Positions 23,445 through 35,400 of a stretch of 64,000 bases of DNA are shown piece by piece. The notes under the pieces are model-generated. The model saw only the letters and a program-made list of their open reading frames with translations, ran no database searches and had not been told where the DNA came from. A program made the position numbers and the translations under genes. The DNA is taken from the NCBI RefSeq assembly GCF_006345805.1, contig NC_043013.1:17422001-17486000 (forward strand), given 5' to 3'. Position 1 is the first letter of the stretch. Each line of letters begins with the position of its first letter. Source of the stretch: Octopus sinensis (taxonomy: Eukaryota).

Positions 23445-26400
23445 GTAAGTGTTGACATACTCTTTCTACTCTTTTACTTGTTTCAGTCATTTTGACTGCG
23501 GCCATGCTGGAGCACCGCCTTTCGTCGAGCAAATCGACCCCGAGACTTATTCTTTGTAAGCCCAGTACTTATTCTATCGGTCTCTTTTGCCGAACCGCTA
23601 AGTGACGGGGACGTAAACACACCAGCATCGGTTGTCAAGCAATGCTAGGGGGACAAACACAGCACACACACAAACACACACACAGACATATATATATATA
23701 TATATATACATATATACGACAGGCTTCTTTCAGTTTCCGTCTACCAAATCCACTCACAAGGCATTGGTCGGCCCGGGGCTATAGCAGAAGACACTTGCCC
23801 AAGATGCCACACAGTGGGACTGAACCCGGGACCATGTGGTTGGTTAGCAAGCTACTTACCACACAGCCACTCCTACGCCTATAAATAAATCTGACCCCGA
23901 CGTGATTTTTATGTTTTTATTTACATAAATACTGGGGTCGATTTGTTCAACTAAAACTCAAATCAGTGTCGCAGCATGGACTCAGTACAGCGACTGAAAT
24001 AAATAAAAGATAAAAAGATGTAAATACATTTAGTCTTGCTGTGATGAGTTTCGGTTAAAAGTGAGGTTAATGAGAACGTCTGATCTGCAACTGGGCAATA
24101 ACAAGTTCAGTTATTGTTAGAATCTGTTCAGTCCCAATATAGCTAAATCCACATCCCTTATTCAAGTTCATCATCATCATCATCAATGTCCACTTTTCTG
24201 TGCTTGCATGGATTGGTCTCACTTGGTTGAAGCAGTTTTCACAGCTGTATGTTCCTTTCTATCACCAGACCTTACCTGTTTCCAAGCTAGCTAATATTTC
24301 TCCAAGACATGGTTTTGCAGAATATTGGAAATGGATGATACTATTTGTGTAGCAATGACACTTATTTCAACTATTATGCGATGTCAAGACAGAGACCTTC
24401 AGATTTCACATACACACACACAATGTGCACACGCTCATACACATGAGTGTACACAATGGGCTTTCAATTTCCATCTAGCAAATCTATTCACAACACTTTG
24501 TTCAGTCCAGGACACATACCCAAAGTGCCATACTGCAGGGCTGAACCCAAGACCATGTTGTTGGGAAGCAAACTTCTTAACCACACATTCATATCTGTTC
24601 CTATAGAATGCAATGCAGCTTTGATGTGAACTAGTGGTTTTCAACTGGGGTCCTTATAACCTTTGAGGGTCCATATGAGATTTTGCTAAAGTTTATGTGC
24701 AATAAATTTGTTATACTTCTACAATACACAAGATATTTTAACAATTTTTTAATACAGTTCCTTATATTTAATTATAAAAATATAACTTTTGGTGAATGAT
24801 ACATTTAGAAATTTCAGGAAAATGATAAACTGAAGTAAAATGTAAAAGGCTGGAGTTTTCCTGAGACTAAAGCATTTTAATGTAACTAGGTATGAGTGAT
24901 TTGTGAAAATTGGTTATTTTTCTACTATCAAGATCCAGCTGTTGAGTTTTTATTTTTAGAATGTAATATTCTGTTAAACATATTTTTTTTTGTTTTGTTT
25001 TCCAGACCCAAATATGCCCTGGCTGCAATCAAGAAGAAATTAGCTGTTGATAATCCTCATGTTGCAATGTTTGCACTCCAGGTAACTTTGTTGATAATTT
25101 TCATTTTTAGCTTTGCCAACTATGAATATATGTATGTGTGTGTGTGTGTATGTATTTTTTCTGCTACAGTTGCAACACCTGAAATTTTGGGGTATAGGGC
25201 TAGTCAATTACATTAACCCTAGTACATATTTTGACCCCAAAATGTTGAAAGACAAAATCAACTTTGTTGGGATATATAAATATGTCAAAATCACTGATGT
25301 GGCCAATGACAGTACTGCCTGATTGGCACTTGTGCCAGTAGAACGTTAAAAGCACATCCAAATGTGGGGTGTAACCGGCCCACTTATGAGTACCCCTCAT
25401 TCATTGAACAATGAACTTTGCTTTCGAAGACCTATTGAGGCAAGTGTAAGCAAATCAAAATTGCTGACATGGCCCATGACATGACAGTACTGCCTGATTG
25501 GCAATCGTGTCAGTGGAACGTTAAAAGCACATCCGAGTGTGATTGTTGCCAGGGCCACGGATTGGCTCCTGTGCCGGTGACACATGAAAGGGACCATTTG
25601 AGTGTGATCATTGCCAGCATCACCATACCGGCACGTGAAAAACAACATTTGAGCGTGGTCATTGCCAGTGCTGTTGGACTGGCTCCCATGCAGGTAGCTC
25701 GTAAAAACACCTTTTGAACGTGGTTGTTGCCAGAGCCACCTGACTGGCCTTGTGCTGGTGGTACGTAAAAGCACCCACTACACTCTTGGAGTGGTTGGCA
25801 TTAGGAAGGGCATCGAGCTGTAGAAACTTTCCCAGATCAGATTGAGCCTGGTGCAACCTCTGGCTCACCAGTCCTCAGTCAAACTGTCCAACCCATGCCA
25901 GTATGGAAAGTGGACATTAAAAGATGATGATTATATATATATATATTTGTGTGTGTATGATAGTGAATTCGTCATCATCATCATTGTTTAACGTCCGCTT
26001 TCCATGCTGGCATGGGTTGGACGGTTTGACTGAGGGCTGGCAAGCCAGAAGGCTGCACCAGTCTCCAATCTGATCTGACAAAGTTTCTACAGCTGGATGC
26101 CCTTCCTAATGCCAACCACTCTGCGAGTGTAGTGGGTGCTTTTACGTGCCACCGGCATGAGAGCCAGTCAGGCATCGGCCACGCTCAAATAGTGCTTTTT
26201 ATGTGCCACCTGCACAGGAGCCAGTCAACAGCCCTGGCAACGATCATGCTCAAATGGTGCTAACATTCCACCGGCACGGGTGCCAATCAGGCGGTACTGT
26301 TATTGGCCACGACAGTGATTTCACTTGCCTCAACAGGTCTTCGCAAGCATAACTTATTGTCCAATGATTGAAGGGTATTCTTAAATGGGCTGGTTATACA

Positions 26401-29400
26401 GCACTGGCATAGGCCATGGTTATGGTCTCACTTGGCTTGCCGGGTCTTCTCAAGCACAGCATATCTCCAAAGGTCTCCGTCACTTGTCATTGCCTCGGAG
26501 TGAATTGCTTAATAGAATGTCAGAAAGTGCTTTGCAATATTCAGTCTTTGTAAGCTCTCAGTTCAGGTCCTGTCAGGATCAATTCTGCCTTTCGTCCTCT
26601 CAGAGTGAATAAAGTATCAGTCAAGCACTAGGGTTGACATCTCTCTCTCCCTCACTCACTCACACGCACACACAGAAATCAACTGTGGCCAGACCTGGTG
26701 AGTTGACAAGTATTTCAAATACCCAAGACATGGTTGTGCTGTCCCTACCATTTTGAGTGGTTGGTGTTAGGAACGTCTATTTTTTTTTCATCCTGTTGGA
26801 GAGGAGCCAGTAAGCCAGAGGACTGCACCAAGCCTCAATGTCAGCTTTGGTGTAGTTTCTACAGATGGATGCCCTTCTTAATTCTGACCACTTTACAGAG
26901 TGTACTGGGTGCTTTGCATATGGAACCAGCACTTGTAAGGTCACCAAGTAACTTGCGAGACATGACTCAAAACTAGATATTATATTGTCATAGATGACTT
27001 TATGCTGGGTAATGGGAGGTGAAGGTATTACAGAAAGACAAGAACAGGTGTCTTGTAGGGGGCCACTCCATTTCGAAAAGAGAGAAGGTGGTGAAATATG
27101 TCAGACACACATTATAGGAAGGTGAATCTTCACAAGTCATTAGTATTCCAATGTCTGCTTTGATATGGTTTCTATGGCTGGATGCCCTTCCTGACACCAA
27201 TCATTTTACAGTATCTACTGGTTGCTTTTGTCATTCTCATGCTCCTGGCACTAGTGAGCTCACCAAGTACCTTGGAAAAAAACCAAGGAAAAAAAACAAA
27301 CCTTTTAATGCTTCTTAAGAAGCATGTCTTCAAAGGAACAAAGCCATCCATAGGGGAAATGACAGCAATGTCACCACTTGCAGCTGACTGATTTTCAGTG
27401 AAGCTCAAATATCAACAAATACATGCCCGTGCACACACACACACACAAATTTTTTTTTGTATTTTGTAAAATGTCCATATTGTGTTTATAAATATATTTC
27501 AGCTATTGATTGTTACTTATTGATCATCTAAACTGGGTTAAGGTTTCAAATTGTGTGTTTGTGCATATGTGTGCATATTTGTATTTTCGCAACATTCGTC
27601 TGAGTGTGTGTTTGAGCAGGTGTGCACTTATTTCCATCTGGGCAACATTCATCACGTGCATATTGTGTGTGTATGACTCTAAAGGGCAAGAATTGAGTTC
27701 AATTCCATATGTAAACCTTTCAGTGATGTGAAATAAAAGGTTTTGTGTTTTCCGTTACAGACACTGGAGTCCTGTGTAAAGAATTGCTCCTCATTGATTC
27801 ACCAAGAAGTTGCTTCAAAAGAGTTCATGGAATTTCTGAAGGAACAAGTCAAGGTATTGCTTTCTAGTCCACATAGTATTGCTTCATATTTGTGAACATG
27901 GTGAACTAGCAGAATTCTTAGTGCTGAAACAGAGCCAGAATAAATACTAAGCATTTTTTCCCCCGTGTTCAAATTCTGCTGAGATCATCTTTGCCTTTCG
28001 TCCCTCTGGATTCAATAAAATAACTATCAAACAAGTACTGGGGGGTCAATGTAATTGACTATACTCCATCATCTAAAATTGCTTGGCTTATATAAAAATT
28101 TGAAACAAATTATTATTGCTTCATACTTGTGCAGGGGGTAAACTTCCACAATCATTACAAGATTACATTGGTAAAAATGTGTTGTTCTAGCTCTTTGTCA
28201 AATTCCACTCCAGAGTCAATAAAATAGAGTTTCAGTTATAACTTGTAACAATGCTATAGCCAGCCTGTAAGAACCTATAACGATGCTACAGCCAGCCTGT
28301 AAGAACCTGTAATAATCTATAATAATGCTTTTTTATAGAAAACTATTTCGCTGTTCTCTGTATGTTCTTTTCGTTCTTTCCAGACAAGACCACCCCCTGT
28401 CAAAGAGAAAATATTGGAACTGATCCAGGTATGGTCACATGCCTTCCGCAATGAACCCAGCTACAAAGCAGTGCAAGACACATACCATTTAATGAAAATG
28501 GAGGGTGAGTCAATATTTTGACTTCTTCAATGCCATCACCATCTAGTTATTTTGTGTTAGTCTTCATCTGCTGAACAAACCAACTTTAACCCACTTGATT
28601 CATCCATTACTTCTCAGACCTTACATAAATACTTCATTCAGGCCTTCTTCTGGAATTCTCTCATTGCACCTCACTTTTCCTTTGAACATTGTGACCTACA
28701 AATGTTCAGGTTATTCATCAGTCATATTAGCCTCATCAGTCCGTGAATGTGGTCACATGACCATACAAAGGTCATGGGCCCTGCCCCTTTTCCACCTCAC
28801 ATTTTTTACAAAGAAAAACAGATCATTGCAATTCCTCTTGTCCTCCTCTTATCACCAAAACCTGACTAGCTATTCACAAATGTCCCCTTCAGCCACTCTT
28901 TTCACAGATGTCTCCTTCAGACCTTCAACAAAAGTTCTTATTAGGTAATTTCACTCTACAATCAATTATCCCTATCTTTCATCCTAGAAACACTTGAAGA
29001 AAGTTAGGATTAAAGGTAATGTCTTCTATTCATCCTACTAATTGATACAAAATTAGGCAGAGCAAAAAGGTGTCTTGGTTATTTATACTGTACTGGGGAT
29101 GTGACACGAACCACTGACCTTTTGGTTGGTAGTCCTGCACCTTATCGGCTCTATCAGATATCACTCTCCAAAAACAAACAGCCTCACTTCAATTCCTTGA
29201 ATAAACAGAGGATTGGTAACTTTGATAGCAGAGCCCTGAAAACCATCAAATACATCAGATGGTACCATCACATTTCTAACAAAGAAATGCATGTGTGCAT
29301 GCATCAGCCCATAGCCTCCCACCTCATAGCTATCCATTGTATGGACATGTCCTCTGTCTCATGCTAGATCATCCTACGAGGACTTTATTCTCATTTGATG

Positions 29401-32400
29401 CAAGAGCTGTGGGCTGGAAGAGGCCTCGTGGCAGGCCATGGGCCAGATGGTTGGATGTGAATGGGGAAGATCACCAGAAGCTCAATGTCACCTTGGAGGA
29501 TGCAGAGGGAGTGACACGAGACTGCTATTGGTGGAGATCACTGGTGGACCCAGTCAGCTCTGGGGATAAGGAGATCTCTGTCTGGGACCACTGACTTGGG
29601 ATGACCCCAGCTTCATCAAGCAAGTGCATGCCCGTCAATGTGCAAAAATAACCTTATTAGTCCGTTAAATATCTCAAAACAGTTACCATTTTCAGCTACA
29701 GAGTTTTAAGTTAATGAAGTAATTTTACTAACTACACATTAAATTGTCTTACATTTTGTAGGTTATACGTTTCCTGCTTTAAAAGAAGCGGATGCAATGT
29801 TTGTGGCAGAAAAGGCACCAGAATGGAAAGATGGTGAATGTTGTACTCGTTGCCGTGTGGGATTCAGTGTTGTTCAAAGAAAGGTACGTTTATTTTGGCT
29901 TTATTTCATTTTTTTCCCTCCATTGGTTTATATAGGTCTCTTTTTTTTAGGGTGGGGTAGGACCTGGAGAAGCATTTTTTATTTTATACAAGAAATGGGC
30001 ATAGTTGTGTGGTTAACAAGCTTGCTTTCGAAACACTTGGTTCTGAGGTCAGTCCCACTGCAAGGTGTGTGTGTGAAAGAGAGAGAGGGAGCTGGTGTCT
30101 ACTTCTCTTAACATTGCATAATTGTTGTAAATGAGTGTCACCATCAATCATTCAAACAGTTCCCTTCATTTCCAATCTTCTGTGAAAACATGTCCTGCCA
30201 TGGGGAAATATCTTTCTTGAAAACAAGTGAGGGTTTGCAACAAGAATGGTATCCAGTCATAGAAAATCTGCCTTAACAAATTCTGTCCAAATTCTGGATA
30301 TTAAAACAGAAATGATGAATCCCAAAGTTTTTCGGTCAGTTTCATCCTTCATCTCCAGTACTATCTACCCTATAATACTACTACCACAATAACATCTACT
30401 CTATAACATCACCACAATACCATCCATCCTATAATGTCTATGCAGTAGCACCACTCAGTACCTTATACCCTGAAACACAGTATTACCCCACTGCACCCTT
30501 TCCTATAACAGTGTATCATCCTAGTGCCCCTCACCTCAATACCACTTACCCTATAAGATTGCTATACCCCATCATCTCTTTATAATACTGAGCAACATAC
30601 ACACTTTATAACAGACCCAAGACTGAAAAGCTGATCATTTCTCCTGTGCAAATGATTTAAGCACTGATTGTGAAGTTAATGTTGGACAACTGACCATATG
30701 TGTTCAGATCTATGGCACATTGTGCCGCCTCTGAGAAATAGCACCTCACTCTGAGTCATTGAAACAAAACGAAGAAACCCTACTTCAGAGTTGAGTGGTT
30801 AGTGGCAGGGACGGACTGATGTCTAAACTGTAAAAAAGAATTTGCCACAATGAATAAACCATTCTCTCTCTTAATATGAAACTACGGATGAGCAACAAAT
30901 GTTATTCATACATATTCACTGGTTTTTGAGTAGTTGTTCCTTAACTCTTTTAATCCATCACCTTCATGAGTTTATCTCATCTATATACTTCATAAACCCT
31001 ACATCTTGTCTATAGTACCTTTATAGGACCCCACAGCTCATCCATAATGCCTTATAGACCCTACATCTTGTCCATATTACCTTGTAGACCCTGTATCTCA
31101 GCCATAGTACTTATAAACCCCATAGTTCACCCATAGTACCTTGTAGACCCTATATCTCACCCACATTCTTCATCTCATTGAGAGTGCCTTCCAGATGCTA
31201 TATCACTCAGTGCCCAGATATGGGCAACCTTGTTTGACCAGCATGCTGCACAAGGTATTGATCCTCATAATTCAAACCACACCAATGTATTTACTCATAT
31301 TTGATTTGACTATTTTAGCAAACAACTCTGGAAAAAGTTTTGTTAGTATTATCATGAAATTGTTCCATACAGGAAGTCAAAAGGACTGCATATTATCCAT
31401 GACCACCCTACACTCTATCTCACCCATAGTACATCCTAGACTCTACATAATAGTGCTCCATAGAATCTATACTTTATTCATGCTGCAGTGCTCCATAGAT
31501 ATTACATCTCTTTTATAGTACCTCCTAAATTTAAAATGTTATCCATGTATTAACCTGCTATTTGAAAGTTAAATGTTCTGGCCATAGACACAGCATAGCA
31601 CCAGTGATTAGTTACAAATTGTGGACTTCCCTCCATCTAACTGTTTTTCTGTCACATACATAAGATGTGGAAAAAATTTCCTTTTCTTTTGATGCATTTG
31701 TTCCAGTTACCAATCTTGCATGTGAGAAAAATTATTAAAAAGAAAAAAATACAAATCATATTAGTAATGATTTAATTTAATTATAATCAATGAAAAGTAA
31801 TTATATAGTGAAAACTGTGACAGAAGGCTTTTTAGTTTTATTTTGTTTTTTTTCTAGCACCATTGCCGCAACTGTGGAGAAGTAATGTGTAGTAAATGCT
31901 CTTCAAAAGTGTCAACCATTCCTCGCTTTGGGATAGAACGTGAAGTGCGAGTCTGTGATTCTTGCTTTGATAAACTCAGGTAAGCTCTCCTTTTCATCTT
32001 TTTTGTTTGTAAAAGCTGTCTGCTGAAGCCATGGATTCTAAACCTAGTGGTGTAAGTGAGAGAAAATTTAAGGAATGATGACAATCATTTTAATTTCAAA
32101 CAATTTTTTCAAACAAAGTGGTAAATTTGCAGAATCATTATAAACAGATAAAAAGGTCTTGCAGTATTTAGTTCCAGCTCTTTATGTTCCGAGTACAAAA
32201 TTAACTAAAGATCAACTTTGCATTCCATTTTTTCTGATAAAAATCAAGTACCAGTCAGCCAAATGAAGTACTGGTCTAACAGTAGAGAGGTTTTCTGTGA
32301 TATGCTCTGAAGAATACTCTCATATCATTTTATAGTGTTCCATATTAGCTTGGATTGGATATGTTCTCATGGTCCAAGATGGTTCTGATTTGTAGTTACT

Positions 32401-35400
32401 CATACATTCTTTTTTTGATATGGTTTCTGTGGTTATAAGGCGGCGAGCTGGCAGAAACGTTAGCACACCGGGCGAAATGTGTAGCTGTGTTTCGTCTGCC
32501 GTTACGTTCTGAGTTCAAATTCCGACGAGGTTGACTTTGCCTTTCATCCTTTCGGGGTCGATAAATTAAGTACCAGTTATGCACTGGGGTCGATGTAATT
32601 GACTTAATCCATTTGTCTGTCCTCGTTTGTCCTCTCTGTGTTTAGCCCCTTGTGGGTAATAAAGAAATAGGTATGGTTTCTGTTGTTGGATGCCTTCCCA
32701 ACACCCAATATACTTTACTGTGTATGTTACTGAGAGCATGTGTAATGTTAGTGTGCATGAACAACAGAGTACAAATAAACTGAGAAAAACTGGTTGCATG
32801 AGAAATCAGTTCTGGTGTACGAGAGAAGAGACTGCACTGGAGTGGACGTATGATGAATGATAGTTGGGTAAAGTGGTGCCAAGGGATCCACTTGAGCCAC
32901 TAGGTACTTCTTTACCCAGCTGGCACTGCAGAAGAGAAAGACCTGGGATAACATGAGCAACAATGGTGAGCACTGATGTCAGATTTGACTTCATGGAAGA
33001 TTTGCGTAACTGTGATAAGCGTTGGGCAACTGTGCTGGAAAAAACTTGTCTAACCCATCCAAGCAAAGGAAAGAACATAAAAATTAGGATGATAACGATT
33101 CCTGTATTGTAATGAGTAGTATCGCAATAATAGTCATTTCATGAAAATGTAAACTATCAAGGTATTTCTGAACCTCTATATTCAAGATTAGTAGAAATAA
33201 ATACAACAGTTTGGAGAGTTATCATCCTCATTTAATGTCTGTTTTCCATGCTGGTATGGGTTGGATGGTTTGACCAGAGCTGATAAGGCCAGGGGTTGCA
33301 TCAGGCTCCATTGTCTGTTCTGGCATGTTTTTTTACAGTTGGGTGTCCTTCCTAACACCAACCACTTCACAGTGTGTACTGGGTGCTTGTTATGTTACAC
33401 CAGTACCAGAATGTAGCATGTTATAATGCATGTTTTCTGTGGTTACAAAAATTGTGTAACAGAATGTGAACAGTTTTTTGTTACCATTGCTTCACAAGTT
33501 TTGCTTTAATATTGTGTACAAGAATATAAGCACTTTAATGTTCCCTGTTCCTGGCTGTGTGTTTGAGAAGCAGCTTGCTTTCCATCCATGTGGTTGTCAA
33601 GTGCAGCAGGTTGAGCAAGTGTCTTCTACTATAGCCCCTGTCCAATCAGATCTTTGTGAGTGGATTTGGTAGATGGAAACTAAAAGAAATCCATTGTGCA
33701 TGTTTGTGTGTAACCTTGTCTTGACATGTTGTGATGGTTGTAAATGAGTGTCACCATTATACCGGGTGAGCCAAAAGTCATGAAGGGGTTTGAATGTTTA
33801 ATAACTCCTTTTTTGTTTTAAATTTACATCATATATCCTATACAATACATATAGAAATTATATTTACACCATTTATGAAAAATTAAATTTCATAAATGGC
33901 ATCCATTTTCTACTTTGCATAAACTCACCCTTTCTAAGGTGTTTTCCATGATAGTCCTTAATGATTCAGTTCCCAGCACTCTGATTTCAGCCTGAATATT
34001 GCTCTTAAGCTATTGAAGTGTCTGAGGTTTGTTAACATACATTTTTTTTTCCTTAAGACAACCCAATAGGAAGTAGTCAGGAGCCATCAGATCTGGAGAA
34101 CATGTTGGTCAGCATATGTTGCGACTGCAGGAAATTATTCTTCCCTCAAAAATATGCTTGAGTGGTTGAATTGTGGTCCTTGCTGTGTGAACTGTGGCTC
34201 TGTCCTGTTTGAACTATATGTCAAGTTTATCTTGAACGACTGGGAGAAATTTTTGATCATAAACTGATATCGCTTGTAACAGTAACATGGTTCCCTTTAT
34301 CATCTTCAAAAAAATGTCTGATCACTTCCTTTGACCTCACCCCACACTAGACTATACACTTAAGGGGATGCAATTCACTTTGGTGAATCACCCTCGGATT
34401 TTCCAAATCCCTCACACTGTAATGGTAGAGATATGTTCATTGAGTTAGAATTATTGATCCTTGGTTTTGATAGTAAAATTTCACAATTTATGTTCATTGT
34501 TTGGTTGTGAACTTTTCCATGGTTAATCTTCAAAGTCTTTTATATGAAATCTTTAAAAAAATAGAAATTAATTTTCAAAAAGTTATTAAATATTGCAACC
34601 TCTCTGTGACTTTTGGCCCATCCTGTACAAGTAATCTTTGTTTCCAGTCTTACAAAGAAAGCATGTCTGGTCATTACTTTGCTTTGAAATAGATGATGGT
34701 TGATGACAGAAAAGATATCCAGCTGTAGAGAATCTGCCTCAAAGAATTCTGTTTTAACTATTCAAACGTGGGAAAGTGGATGTTAAGATGATGATGATGG
34801 TAATTGTGTGCATGTGCTATATCTACCAACTACTGGTTCACTTGTAAATGTTGTCTATTTTATATTTTATGTATTACATTTTAATATTTTGTGCATTGTA
34901 CTGATTCTGTGTCAGTCAGTCAAGAACTGTTTTATAAATTAGTTAATAAACTCGTGGCTATATTTACTGTTGTTTGTCCTGCAAATGAGGATGTGTGACC
35001 CAATGCTTGAGGTATTGGGCTTAGAATTGATAGGTTGTGGGTTTGATTTTTACATTGGGTGGTACATTTTGTCCTTAAGCAATTCACTCTGTTTTACAGT
35101 GAAATCTTTCATAATTGTCATCCTTGCCAGCAAACAAAGCTCATACTTTCCTTCCTCTAAGTTTGTATAATTGAACTTTGAGGGATTAATTCCTAATTCC
35201 TTGAAATTATCTCCCAGTTTGTTTAGAGATCACTAACAAGAAAGGTATTATAATTAATTAAAATTTTTGCACATTGCATTAAATGCATCACTCTTTAACT
35301 TATCCATGACATTGGCTCCTTTGAATAATTTCACCTGGCTCATGTTTTAATTATGCAAATTATACTCATAAAAAGATATTTTATGTAAGAATCTGTCAAC

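Noticed and set aside
24036-24090. Box C (GTGATGA) and box D (CTGA) with a 4 bp terminal stem in HGS intron 2
   Set aside because: Only about 55 nt, no clear C'/D' boxes and no rRNA or snRNA target that I can identify; a snoscan run would settle it
32435-32530. tRNA genes
   Set aside because: A- and B-box-like heads run directly into SINE bodies with TSDs, and none folds into a complete cloverleaf
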